This document shows positions 41,122-54,100 of a DNA stretch of 64,000 nt, piece by piece. The notes beneath the pieces are model-generated. The model saw nothing but the letters and a program-made list of their open reading frames with translations. It was not told the DNA's origin and made no database searches. Position 1 is the stretch's first letter. Every line of letters starts with the position of its first letter. Source of the stretch: Octopus sinensis (lineage: Eukaryota); contig NC_043015.1 in NCBI RefSeq assembly GCF_006345805.1, positions 26,350,001-26,414,000 on the forward strand, written 5' to 3'. A program made the translations under genes and the position numbers.

Positions 41122-43408
41122 CAACCGTGTTTCGTGGTCTGCTACCACAACAGCTCCTTTATAGGATCCAGTTAGCTCAATACATCATCAGGAGGAACCA
41201 CGTCCGGTTTCGGCCCCTACTTCTCTACCGTTTTGACGTGGCGGGGGCCCCCCTTTCGGAGGTGTCTTCAGCACTGGTGTTGGGTGCATGTCTTCTTTCT
41301 TCTTTCTTCTGTTCCCTGGCCTCTTCGATGTATCCTCAGCGAGTGTCAGCCGGTGACTGACTGTCTTGTCAAAATTTTCCCTTTAAATACCTGCCGCATA
41401 GTCTCCAGCAGGCAGCTCCAGCAAGTTGTCACGTGACACTGTCTCACCTTAACTGTTTAGTGAAGGCGCGTAGTTTTAGCCAGCGCTTTTTCTAAACGAC
41501 CGTCACCTGTCAGTCAGCTTGTCTCACCTAATGATGTTACTTCCCGTCGGCGTGTTTATGATTTTCAAGCCATTTTCGGTCTTCCCGCTTCAGCCATATA
41601 TAGAAGCTGGCTTTTTCGACCGCCTCCCGTATTCTCCTTATTAGTTTACGCAGCTTGGGGCTAGAAAAAACAAATCTTCTTTTGAAAAGCGTTGTTATTT
41701 TCTTTTCAATGCAGCCTCTAGCCCCCACTGCCAGGTGATAATATTCGACATTCCATCCCTGTTCTCAGCATTCTTCGATTAGCTTTTTATACCTCTTCTT
41801 CTTTTGTTCCTCTGCATTGCCGATGTTCTCTTCCCAAGGTACTGTTAGTTCTAGTAAAATTCCCATTCTCCGGTCTCTGTTCCATAGAACTAAATCCGGT
41901 CTCTTTGTTTTTATTAGTGGAAATATTACTTGTCTTTCCAAGTCCGTGGCCACCTCCCAGTATCCCTTCCGTCTTTCGTCTATCTCGTATACTTTACTTG
42001 TAGGCCTGGTTTTATAACCTTTTCCCTCCTTGTTGGAGTATACTTTCCTGCGCTTTTCTACTTTTGGCTACTCTCCCCTATTGTACCTCTCGATCTTATC
42101 CTTGAGTGCTGCACTTATGATGCCGAGGACTTGATTATGCCGCCATGTATATCTTTCAAGTTCTAGTCTGCAACTTGACAGAACATGTCTAACCGTCGCT
42201 TTGTCTCCGCATCTACACTCGTCGGTTATTTTTATGTTCCACCGGACTAAGTTCGCCGGTGAGGGTAGAACGTCGAAGGTAGACTTGATCAGAAAGGATG
42301 TTCTTGCTTGTTCCCAAGCCCAAAGTTCCTTCCATGATATTCTGCGGTTGATCACATATTCCTCCCATCTCAGGCACTGTCCCTATTGACTGCATTGCAC
42401 CAAATGGACATTACGCCTTTCTTCTTTCTCCTTTCTCACTTCGTATACCACGGCCTCTTTCATCTCTTTTACACTGCTCTTGCAAAATGGCCTTAAGTTT
42501 TGCGACCCTAGGCCGGTTCTAGCTTCTTGCGTCGCTCCGACTATATCTGCGTGCCTTAGTTTTCCGATCGCCCTGTTTACTGCCTCTTCTGCGTTCCATT
42601 TCCTCCCTGTTCGTACCTTTGGAGGGTTTTCCCGGATGCTCTGATCTTTTGCATACCTTAGCATCATTACTGTCCTTGCCTTTCCTGCCTTATATTCTTC
42701 GGCGATTGATGTTATTGGTAGTTGCAGCACGGGTTTTCCATATAGTGCAGTTGTATTCAGTGGTTTCGGCAGACCAAGCCATTTTCTGATAAACACACTG
42801 CATCTTTGTTCCATCCTTTCTACTCTACTCGAGGCTATTTCGTACATTTGCAATGGCCACATTATTCTTGGGTACAGCCCAAATTGCAGTATCCAACATT
42901 TGAATTTTCCCGGCAGCGTTTCTTTCACTTGCTTCTTATCTCTCTCTATATAAACGGCAGTTTGTCTGTGCGTGTTTCTGTGTGTCTGTTTGCTTGTACC
43001 CTCACCCTGACCACGGCTTTCAACCGATTCTGATGAAACTTGACACATACATAGCCCAATGTCATAATTCAAAACTAACGCAGCGAAAACTTTGAAAAGT
43101 TCCCCCAGTTCTGAAAAAATCGATAAATTCGACATGGGGTCGAGAATCAGAAACACGAACCACAAACTGTCTAGGGGACACAACTCCACCTTTTTTAAAT
43201 CTCAAAAAAAAAATGTACCATCGTTTTTTTCCATTGTTTTGCTATCTTTTGGCTATAACTCTCTAAAAATGCTTTATAGTTATTTCCCTTACAAACCTGA
43301 GCAACGCCGGGTGATACTGCTAGTCATTTAATAAATCTCTATACCATCTGCCGAGACTCTTTACTGGTTGTTCTTTCACCGTTGGTATGTCTTCACTTCC
43401 TATCCTAA
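41117..43408 (-). mobile_element. HERO-like RLE non-LTR retrotransposon, 3' portion, decayed; interrupted by a Helitron; runs into an assembly gap
   Basis: IPTVKEQPVKSLGRWY; LPGKFKCWILQFGLYPRIMWPL; VRTGRKWNAEEAV; ISWKELW...FLIKSTFDVLPSPANLVRW; CRCG...HVLSSC...YTWRHNQVL; KRPDLVLW..LLELTVPWEENI..A..KK.RY. Confidence 0.85.
42939..43323 (+). mobile_element. Non-autonomous Helitron, complete, nested in HERO
   Basis: A|TC start, CTAG|T end, GC-rich subterminal GCAACGCCGGG, no TSD; removal restores the host frame RDLLND-KKQVKE. Confidence 0.88.
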
Positions 43409-43508
43409 NNNNNNNNNNNNNNNNNNNNNNNNNNNNNNNNNNNNNNNNNNNNNNNNNNNNNNNNNNNNNNNNNNNNNNNNNNNNNNNNNNNNNNNNNNNN
43501 NNNNNNNN
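43409..43508. other. Assembly gap (100 N)
   Basis: Run of N. Confidence 1.
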
Positions 43509-43757
43509 CATTTCCTTTATATGATCCAGTTAGCTGAAGACATCATCGGGAGAAATACGCTCGGTTTCGGTCCCTACTCCTCTACCGTTTCGACGTGGCG
43601 CCCCCCCCCTTTCGGAGGTGTCTTCAGCACAGGTGTTGGGTGCATGGCTTCTTTCTTCTTTTTTCTGTTCCCTGGCCTCTTCAATGTATCGTCAGCGAGT
43701 GTCAGCCGGTGACTGACTGTCTTGTCAAATTTTTTCCTTTAAATACCTGCCGCATAT
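43509..43757 (-). mobile_element. Second, diverged copy of the HERO 3'-terminal segment (compare about 41155-41399)
   Basis: GATCCAGTTAGCT...CTTTCGGAGGTGTCTTCAGCAC...TTTAAATACCTGCCGCATA in the same orientation, with many substitutions. Confidence 0.8.
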
Positions 43758-43793
43758 ATGTAAAGAAATACATATACATATATATATATATGT

Positions 43794-43859
<66 letters not shown>

Positions 43860-43890
43860 GTATATGTATTTCTTTACATATATATGTATA

Positions 43891-43953
<63 letters not shown>

Positions 43954-44158
43954 TATATAACACATATACATACACATATACACACACACACACACATATA
44001 TATATAATTTATTTAAAAGCAGCAGGAAGGGGAACATGAAACTCCGAGTAACAGTTTTTGTTAAATTTCTGCTGCTTTTAAATAAAGCATATTACTCTAC
44101 CTCTGATATTTGAGTACTCTTTTTTCCACCTTGTTTCACATATATGTGTTTACTCCGG

Positions 44159-44193
<35 letters not shown>

Positions 44194-44216
44194 ATATTAT
44201 ATATATATATATATAT

Positions 44217-44256
<40 letters not shown>

Positions 44257-44283
44257 AAATTTATTCGAGACAAAACCACTATT

Positions 44284-44327
<44 letters not shown>

Positions 44328-44351
44328 TATACACATATACATTTTCTAATA

Positions 44352-44545
44352 TAGGCACAAGTTTTGAGAGAGGGGACCAGTCGATTAGATGGACCCCAGT
44401 ACGCAAATTGTACTTAAAGTATCAACCCCGTACGGATGAAAAGCAAATTCGACCGCGGCGGAATTCGAATTCACATGGTAAAGACAGACGAAATATCGCT
44501 AAGCATTTCGCCCGCCGTGATAACGTTTCTGCCGGCTCACTGCCT
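44352..44545 (-). mobile_element. tRNA-derived SINE family 2
   Basis: Reverse complement AGGCAGTGAGCCGGCAGAAACGTTA...GAATTCGAATTCCGCCGCGGTCGAATTTG...CTTGTGCCTA. Confidence 0.8.
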
Positions 44546-44871
44546 ATATATTTACACACACACACACACACGCACATGCACATATATATGTGTGTATATG
44601 TGTATACACGTATACATACATACACATATATAGACATTGATGGAGGATATATTTCTGATTGGTCTGTATGTTCAATGTTTCCTTGCTTGCTCTTTGATTG
44701 GTAGTGCGGCATCGGTTACTTGTTTACTTACCAAGCTTAGAAATACGAACATGAAACGAAAAGTGTCTAAGAGGATCTTTCGCTTGAAAATCTTTATTTC
44801 AGTGACATCATCTGCTGTTATATACTTACATAGATGTATATTTTATACATACTGTGTATAAGTGTGTGGAT

Positions 44872-44928
<57 letters not shown>

Positions 44929-45306
44929 TGTTATATTTCGGAATGGTCATTTTGCCAGTTTAGCCAATATATATATATATGTGTATGTATATATATATAT
45001 ATATATACGTACATAATATATGTTTTAACATATAACCATATAGATAGATAAATCTACCGTATAGTAGATACGGTAGATTATATATCTCTTTTAAGTAACT
45101 GTACCACAGATGTACATTTTCTGTAGGTGTATAAACGCATCTTTTCTGTATATGCAAATATACATGTATATATGGTATGTATGTATATATATGTATATAT
45201 ATATATATTATATATATATATACATACATACATACATACGTACATTCGTACATACATACATGCATATATATACAGTATGTATACATATGTATATATAAGT
45301 ACACAC

Positions 45307-45377
<71 letters not shown>

Positions 45378-45387
45378 TATATATATA

Positions 45388-45429
<42 letters not shown>

Positions 45430-45436
45430 CGTGTAC

Positions 45437-45709
45437 TGTCAACTCAACGTGACAGTCCCGTAAAGGGAAATTACACCACCGCTATTTAGCGCTAGGAAGC
45501 ATCGACGCTTCCTGTCGGCCTTGACACATTTCCTGTGTTTTTATATATTTACGAAGGGGAGACAAACACCCCAAACAGCTAGGCCTGCATCTAGAGACAT
45601 GCATGTTTCTAGGTCTTGCTACTCGTTAAGTTGACAATATACATCAACTCTATTACTCCACCACCGCACATATCTCTATGAGATATTTAAAATTTAATAT
45701 TCTGATTTT
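45437..45709. repeat. Rearranged copy of the 46206-46522 HHR repeat
   Basis: 45437-45619 is the reverse complement of 46272-46447; 45625-45709 is a direct copy of 46436-46522. Confidence 0.85.
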
Positions 45710-45736
45710 GGTGATCAGTGAATAAACTTCACTGAA

Positions 45737-45894
45737 AAGTAGCTTGCTAACCAACCACATGGTTCCGGGTTCAGTCCCCTGCGTGCATCTTGGGCAAGTG
45801 TCTTCTGCTATAGCCCCGGGCCGACCAATGCCTTGTGAGTGGATTTGGTAGACAGAAACTGAAAGAAGCCTGTCGTATATATGTATATGTATAT

Positions 45895-45958
<64 letters not shown>

Positions 45959-46204
45959 GTGTGTGTGTGGTGTGTGTGTGTATGTGTGTGTTTGTGTGTC
46001 TGTGTTTGTCCCCCTAGCATTGCTTGACAACCGATGCTGGTGTGTGTACGTCCCCGTCACTTAGCGGTTTTGGGAAAAGGGACCGATAGAATAAGTACTG
46101 GGCTTACAAAGAATAAGTCTCGGGGTCGATTTGCTCGACTAAAGGCGGTGCTCCAGCATGGCCGCAGTCAAATGACTGAAACAAGTAAAAGAGAGAAAAG
46201 AGAA
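45737..46204 (+). mobile_element. SINE family 1 with long internal (TA)n(TG)n
   Basis: GGTTCCGGGTTCAGTCCC...GGATTTGGTAGACAGAAACTGAAAGAAG...GGCGGTGCTCCAGCATGGCCGCAGTCAAATGACTGAAACAAGTAAAAGAG. Confidence 0.92.
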
Positions 46205-46256
46205 TATATATTTACGAAGTCAAGACAGATATCTTTAGCTAGCAGGCCTTGCTACT

Positions 46257-46300
46257 CTAGACTGATGATGGGCAAGACCCAGAAACATGCATGTCTCTAG
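46257..46300 (+). ncRNA. Minimal type I hammerhead ribozyme, fully canonical
   Basis: CTAGA-CTGATGA-TGGG caaga CCCA-GAAA-CATGCATG-TC-TCTAG: perfect stem I (5 bp) and stem II (4 bp), palindromic stem III, GUC site after 46295. Confidence 0.88.
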
Positions 46301-46517
46301 ATGCAGGCATAGCTGTTGGGGGTATTTGTCTCCCCTTCGTAAATATATAAGGACACAGGAAATGGCGTCAAGACCGACAGGAAGCGTCGATGGTCTAAAT
46401 AACGGTGAGGTAATTTCCCTTTACGGGACTGTCACGTTAAGTTGACATTATACAACCACTCTATCGCTCCACCACCGCACATATCTCTATGAAATATTTA
46501 GAAATGTAATATTTCTG

Positions 46518-46558
<41 letters not shown>

Positions 46559-46688
46559 GTATGTATGTATGTATGTATATATATATTATATATATATATA
46601 TATATAGATATATATATATATATATATGTTATATATATATATGTATGTATATAATATATATATTATATTATATATATATATATGTATG

Positions 46689-46725
<37 letters not shown>

Positions 46726-46754
46726 TATATATATATATATATATTAATATATAT

Positions 46755-46815
<61 letters not shown>

Positions 46816-47100
46816 ACATATATCTCACATGTATGAACACAGGCATGTCTGTATGTGAGTGTGTGTGTGTATACATGTATGCATGTGTATGTATGTATAT
46901 ATGTACACATTTATACCAATATACCGTTCTTAAAATTCCTGAAGAGGCGAATCAATAGCCGATTATTTCTGTAACACTGTGTAGGAAATGACCAATTTTA
47001 CTTTTACTTTACATGTTTTTAAGGTGTCATTCGGCAGTTGAATTGAAATCAGTCTTTAATATCTCAAACATATATATATATGAGATTGAATACACACGTG

Positions 47101-47139
<39 letters not shown>

Positions 47140-47144
<5 letters not shown>

Positions 47145-47270
47145 CAGCACACACAGAAACACATATAAATATATATTTACACAAATGTATATATATTTGT
47201 GTGTGTTTGAGTGTGTGTGTATAAAGTTCGACTTGTATAAGTGTATTCATGGATGCGTGCATATATATGT

Positions 47271-47328
<58 letters not shown>

Positions 47329-47520
47329 TATATATATATATATAATATATGTATATATATAATATATATATTATATATTATACAAGCACACACAGAAACA
47401 CATATAAATATATATTTACACAAATGTATATATATTTGGTGTGTGTTGAGTGTGTGTGTATAAAGTTCGACTTGTATAAGTGTATTCATGGATGCGTGCA
47501 TATATATGTTATATATACAT
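47140..47520. repeat. Local tandem duplication, period about 240 bp
   Basis: GCACACACAGAAACACATATAAAT...AAAGTTCGACTTGTATAAGTGTATTCATGGATGCGTGC at about 47147 and about 47386. Confidence 0.85.
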
Positions 47521-47521
47521 A

Positions 47522-47563
<42 letters not shown>

Positions 47564-47583
47564 TATATATATATATATATATA

Positions 47584-47624
<41 letters not shown>

Positions 47625-47750
47625 TGTATATAATACTTGATATATGATGTAATAGATTTTAAATATTACTTATCATCTCTTAATCATATATAATCGTATA
47701 CACTTGCACATAAACGCACACATGATTTTGTGCATATATATATATATATA

Positions 47751-47959
47751 CAGGGTGTCCCAGAAGTCGCGCACCACCCTGGTTTTATAAAAGAATACAC
47801 CCTTTTTGATTTTAAAAACACTTTATTGAAATTAATCGTAAGAAATGCTCAAATTGAGCACGCTCTACAATAAAACATGCAGAAAAAATATAATAAAATA
47901 AAATGCTCTAATTATTTTAAGTGAAAACCAGAATGGTGCGCGACTTCTGGGACACCCTG
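47751..47959. mobile_element. Tc1/mariner-type MITE, 209 bp
   Basis: Perfect TIR CAGGGTGTCCCAGAAGTCGCGCACCA / TGGTGCGCGACTTCTGGGACACCCTG, flanked by TA on both sides. Confidence 0.92.
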
Positions 47960-47965
47960 TATATA

Positions 47966-48550
47966 TGAGGTATGACCAATAAGTATCCGGACTCTCACCA
48001 TAATAACGAAGCTAATGCACGCTGACCTTAACCTCTGTTGTGTTGGAACACGAAGTTTTAACATTCGAGCTCACTTCCGCTGTTTCAAGTAGTGCTTGGA
48101 CGGAATGTGTGTAGCGTGTGATCGTCGCATTGACCATGAGAGAGAAATCTGTCATGGTGGTACCTGCTCAGTAACCTACGCAAAAGTTGTAGAAAGTGTA
48201 AGGTGAGGAGTGTATGAGCAGCACACAAGTGTACGAGTGGTTCAGACGTTTCCAAGATGGCCGATATTGACGAACATTCTGTGAGAACCGCAACCAGTGG
48301 AACTGAGAAAAAATTGCAGATGTGCGTGCAGCTGAGGGGAAAACGTCGAATCACCATCCGTAAGGTATTAGAGTATGTGCAGCGTAGTTACGGTTCACTT
48401 CAGTCCATTATCACTGAAGAATTGGGTATGAGACGCGTGTCTGCCAAGTTTGTGCCAAAACTGCTTTCAGCTGACCAAAAAGACACTCGGGTTTCAGTTG
48501 CATAAATTTTCCTTGATTGTGTCGAGAACGATGTAAACTTTTTGAAAAGT
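47966..48550 (+). mobile_element. mariner transposon 5' fragment (TIR plus HTH region)
   Basis: TA-TGAGG...AAGTATCCGGAC TIR-like start; MSSTQVYEWFRRFQDGR; RRITIR...SYGSLQSIITEELGMRRVSAKFVPKLLSADQKDTRV. Confidence 0.85.
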
Positions 48551-48846
48551 TTGCCTAGACCACTGAGCAGATATCGCCAAGCTTTTGGCAAAATTTGATG
48601 TTGATTCTCGGCTCAAGATTCTCTGTTATGATTAATGTGATGATCACATGCTACAAATGTACTTCCAAGCAGTGATGTAAACAACGGAATTGAGCTAGAA
48701 CGTTAAAACATAGTGCACATGCACAGCAGAGATCAAGGTCAATTTTCACCAAGCGACTTCACTTCGTATGATTTAGCTTTGTTACCATGAAAACAGTCCA
48801 GATACTAATTGATCAGACCACGCATATATATCTGTATATATGAATG

Positions 48847-48942
<96 letters not shown>

Positions 48943-50898
48943 TGTGTGTGTGTGTATATGTATGTGTGTATATATAGTGTACATTTTAGCACATAGCTTT
49001 CTCCCTGTTACTTGTTCTTAATTTATTTCCTCTATATTGTAACATTGTGATCCATTTTCTCTTTCTGTCCCCAGTTCAAGTATTGCAGCTCTGCTTTCTT
49101 AAGGCAATACCTTCTTGTTGGATCATAATGCAAACACCGAAGCCGTCATTTTACTTAACGGTATTAACTAAGTCCTTCATATTTTACGTTTTAGCTTTTC
49201 TGTGCTCACTTGCTATTCGTTTCATAAGTTTCTCGCAACTCTATAGTAGAACTATGCCATTGAACAAAGCTTGATTCCTGTTTAAAATGACGCTTCCTTA
49301 CAATTCATTCCCATCTTCCATAAGTATCTCAGTTTCTTTCTGTAGTTTATCGCCCTACGTTGTCAAGGCATTTGGAAACTTCAGAATGAAACCTCCTTTC
49401 TTTTGTGCGTAAGTACTGCGTTGTACCAGGCTGGCATTACTAATTAAGGGACAAAGTGTCTCATGGTGTCCGGTGTTTACTACATATCTGTGTCCATGAA
49501 ACACCGACACTTCCGAGGTTTCAGTTTTGTAGAAAGTGTAGCATAGTCAGGAGCTCTTTTATTTGCCTGATCCCCGTCGTGACTGCGCCCTTACTTTAAG
49601 TTTTGCGTTTTACTCGATTAACTCATTTTCCGTCAGGAGAACAAAAGAGTGCAACATAGAGTTGATTCCTATTATATTCATATTGCTCAATTTGTATCTT
49701 ATGTCTCAAGGAATGCTATATTCACGTGATTATGTCTCTGGTTAAGGATGCAGTGTAAACAGTTTGGACAAGGTCTTATGCTATGTACCCAATGTACTAA
49801 TAACAACCATCGCGGTCATTTCACCTGACTAATTAAAACAGCAGAAGATTGACCAAGCGTAAGCGATTTTCGGAAAGAACCGAAAGGATGCCCCGGTCTG
49901 CGATACATTGTCTGATATTGTTTTTTCCTTAGATGTTTCCCAAGGAACCCAGGCACAATGGGTCCTAGCTCCCTTAATTTAATATGAGGAATATATTTCG
50001 TGAGGCTATTTTGTGTATCAGAGATTATTCTGTGAGGATGTCTTTGTCTTCAATTACTATCCCAGACCCGCTCTTGCCATTCTGCATACATACATATATA
50101 TATATATAGTTATATGCAGATGCAGGTACATATGTATGTATATATGACGGTATATCATATACTAAGCGATAAAGTTAACAATTAAGATATACTATTATGA
50201 AATGAAATATATATTTATGAAGCAGGAACGCACAGTAGGAAGTACGGGTGCAGAGAACACCATGTGAATTGAAACACCCCTCTCTCACAATTTAGGAGAA
50301 AACACGTTCTATTACAAGTCGAAACCAGCGCAAATCACCGCCCCAAATTAGTTTGTATAACCACCACACACACACACACACACACACAACACACACACAC
50401 ACACTCACACGCACACACACACACAAACACACACTATACATGTATACCGCTCTGACAACGAGGAGATCTTCGATATTTTCGTAGAAAATCGACTGAATAT
50501 AAAGGGATGTCATTTTACGTTTTAGCTTTTATTTATCATTTAAAATAGTTTTCACAACTGAAAATATCTTTGCTATTCACATTGAATAACTACCAGCATA
50601 CAAAATACTGCAAGTGGAAGATGATAATGCCAAAGTTTGAGGTCTTCGATGCAAAATTAATTTTCAAATAAATTAGAGATTCATCAAAACCATAGTGAGA
50701 AAAGCTTTGCAACAGAATCACCCTCAGAATAGAACCGCATAGACATCATATCAAATTAGACACATGTATGACTGCAGTCGTGTCTGTGTGCGTATGGGTA
50801 ACATATACAGGTAAGTGTATAAGTAGGTGTGTTTGCACGTGTATACAGGTGAGACTGCTTGTGTGTGCACATATACATATACATATATCATATATGTA

Positions 50899-50937
<39 letters not shown>

Positions 50938-50941
<4 letters not shown>

Positions 50942-51128
50942 AAGGGAGTCAGAGAAAGGCAGAATGCCACTTATATCTGAACATTATACAAATATTCCTT
51001 TTCTTCTAATTTTTCTAACTTTAATTATTTAATCGTTACAGTTGAAAAGGTCTCAAAATGACCGAAACCGGTACTGTAATGTTCTTTATAAAATTATTTT
51101 AGCATTTTCTATTTTGACTTGTTTTTTC
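50938..51128 (+). repeat. Extra partial pLTR copy, tail-to-tail with the PLE 3' pLTR across (TA)n
   Basis: Reverse complement of about 51151-51345; same orientation as about 55121-55317. Confidence 0.9.
51036..51079 (+). ncRNA. Minimal HHR with U3-A8 variant core (copies: minus 51200-51243; plus 55227-55268 lacking one A of GAAA)
   Basis: TTACAG-TTGAAAA-GGTC tcaaaat GACC-GAAA-CCGG-TA-CTGTAA; perfect 6-bp stem I and 4-bp stem II. Confidence 0.65.
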
Positions 51129-51150
51129 ATATATATATATATATATATAT

Positions 51151-54100
51151 GAAAAAACAAGTCAAAATAGAAAATGCTAAAATAATTTTATAAAGAACAT
51201 TTCAGTACCGGTTTCGGTCATTTTGAGACCTTTTCAACTGTAACGATTAAATAATTAAATTTAGAAAAATTAGAAGAAAAGTTTTTTTAAAGGAATATTT
51301 GTATAGTGTTCAGATATAAGTGGCTTTCTCTGACTGCCTTGTTTGCACTTGTGTGTTCGAGGTCGTTGTGAATTCTTGGTAGGGTAGAAGAAGAAGAGGG
51401 CTGATGAGGAGAGGGAGTGAAAAAATTTGGAAGTGCTTTGATTGTTGTATTTTGAATGGTCAGTGACGGCTAGCAGTTGCAGTTCAATTCAGGAGAATAT
51501 TTCTATTGAGAGGTTTGTTTATGGAATTTGCGTAGGTGTTTTACTAAAAAGCATTAGTGATAAAGTTAAGAGGTAGAAGGTGGAGCAGAAGAAGAAGAAG
51601 CTGACGATGTTGATGATGATGATGATGATGATGATGAAGAAGAAGAAGGAGAAGGAGAAGAAGATGATGATGATGATGGTGGTGATGATGGTGACGACGA
51701 TGATGATGATAATGATGATGATGATGAGAAGAGGAGGAAGAAGAAGAAAACAGAGAAGGGAGAATATGAATGGGTGAAAGTAGTGAGGTGTTGTATGACT
51801 TGAAGTTGGCTTGTTATGGATTATAGCTGTGATTGGGGTTGATTAGTAATGGATTCTTTGGAATGTAATATTTGTGTGTGTATATTTCTTTTATTCTAAA
51901 GTTGAGGTACATTAATCGTTTGTCGTAGACCCGTTAAGAAGTGGCCTGTATTTTGTAATAAAGAGAGTTTCTTTACTTATTCGTTGTCTCGAGGTTGTAT
52001 CGTCCTTAAATTGGTAGAGGGGGAAATCCTGAAGCCTGGTGTTTTGTTGTTGGCGCAAGTATCTATGTGTTGGCTGAAAGCTATTTTTCTGTTTTGGGGA
52101 ATTTTTATCTGGGATCTGTGCAGGGCCATTCGTTTACGCAAACTATTTTTTGTTTGGCCTATGTACTGCTCTTGACACCCGGAGCAGGTTAGTGAGTATA
52201 TTAGGTTCTCCGAAGCACATGTGAAGTTGCTTTTCATGGAAATCGTTGTCCCTGTTTGAAGGAGAACTCTGATCCCTCAATTAGATAGTCGCATATCCCG
52301 CAATTGGGTCTTCCACATTTTTTTACTGTCGGCTTCTGTGTTGAAGAGTGAATTCGGGCTTGTGTTAGGAGACTTTTCATGGATTTAGGCTGTCTCTTGC
52401 TTTTTATGATCGTGTGTGTTTGGAGGATTGTGTTCATTCTGTGGTCTTTTTTTAGGAGGGGTATGTTGTGGAGGATGGTGCCGAAGGCTTCGTTATTGAG
52501 AGGGTTGTGTGTGGAAATGTATGTTAAGGCTTTTGGTCGTAAGTTTTTCTTTGATTTGGGATGTCTCAGTTCCTTGATGTTAAGTTGAAGGGCACGTTGA
52601 ATGCACTTGTCAATAAGTGAAGGTGGATAGTTCCTGGTGATAAGGGTATCTTTTAGTTCTTGTAGTCGTGTGTATCTGGTGTTTGCGTTAGAGACTATAG
52701 TGCATATCCTTTTTGCTAGATTGAAGGGGATATTCATCCTGATGTGTCTGGGGTGGCATGAATTGAATGGAAGATATTGCTTAGAGTCTGTAGGCTTATA
52801 ATATATGTCTGTTTCTATTACATTATTAGCTTTCTTAATGAGGATATCGAGGAAGGGGAGTTGTTGCTGGCTATATTCCATCGTGAATTGGATGTTTACG
52901 TCCAGTCAGTTTAAAATTTCCTGGAATTCTATGAGTTTTTCTATATTTTTATGCCAAAGAATGAAACAGTCATCTAGATATCTCTTCCAGTTGTTTTCTA
53001 TGTAGATGGAGAAAGGGCTGCCATATCTTTCTAGAACCTTACGATACAGACTGATCTCTAGATATCCTATGACTAGGTTGGCAAAGGAGGGGGCCATTCG
53101 TGTACCCATCGCAGTCCCCGATTTTTGTCGGTAGAAGTTGTCATTGAAGGCGAAGAAGTTATTTTCCAGGATGAATTTAACCCCTTCTATCACGAATTCT
53201 TTTTTGATGCGATGTGGTAGTTCGTTGGCGTGATTCTCTAGCCAGAATTGGATTGCCTCTAGTCCTAAGTTGTGGGGGATATTGGAGTAGAGGTTGACTA
53301 CATCGAAGGATACCAGTATGGTGTTTTTGTTTATAGTATTCGGTAGGTGATTGAGCATATCCAAGTCGTCCCTTATATAGATTTTGACATGTTTGAGGAG
53401 TGGTTTTAACAGGGTGTCTAAAAAGTTACTGAGGCGGTAGGTTTCGCATGCGGGACCTGCTATTATGGGTCTCAATTTGAGGTCATTAGGATTAGGGACT
53501 TTAATTATTTTGTCTGTAGCTATCTTGCATGCGTTGCTAATTTTCTCACTTTTGTGTATCTTAGGTATACCGTAGAATTGGCTGGTTTTACTTGTGAAAT
53601 TGGTCATATAATCATATTCTTTGTCGGTGAGCCCTGCTTTGTATGGGTTTAACATGGATTTTAGTTCCCTCATTATTTTTTGTTGACTGTAGTTTTGTGC
53701 CTTTTCATAGTATGTTGTGTCTTCCAGCATAGAAAGTAGTAAGGTTATGTAAAATGTCGTATCCATTAAGACAACAGCACTCCCTTTATCGGCCTCTTTG
53801 ATTGTTATTGTTTTATCTTGTTTTAATTTGTTCAACTCAGCCCATTCTTTTTTGCTGAAGTTTGGTTTGTGTTTTTGTTTGTGCATATGTTGATATGGGT
53901 AATTTGATATGTGGTCACAGAAATCATCAAGTGTTTTGTTCTTACTTTAGATGGGGGGTGTAGTTACTCCTATTCTGACTAACGATTCGTCCTCGTTGTA
54001 TTTATCGTATAGCTCCTCAGTAAGTCTTAATTTTCTTCAGAATTCTGCGATGTCTTCTTTCATTTCATTGTAGTTGGGGTGGTGTGGGGTGGGTGTAACT

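Noticed and set aside
41170-41225. GAAA...CTGATGA in the HERO 3' segment as a permuted hammerhead
   Set aside because: No stem I or II pairing, and not conserved in the second copy.
42383-43189. 268-aa ORF as a novel fusion protein
   Set aside because: Antisense Helitron sequence happens to be in frame with a decayed HERO RT fragment and starts at a non-ATG codon.
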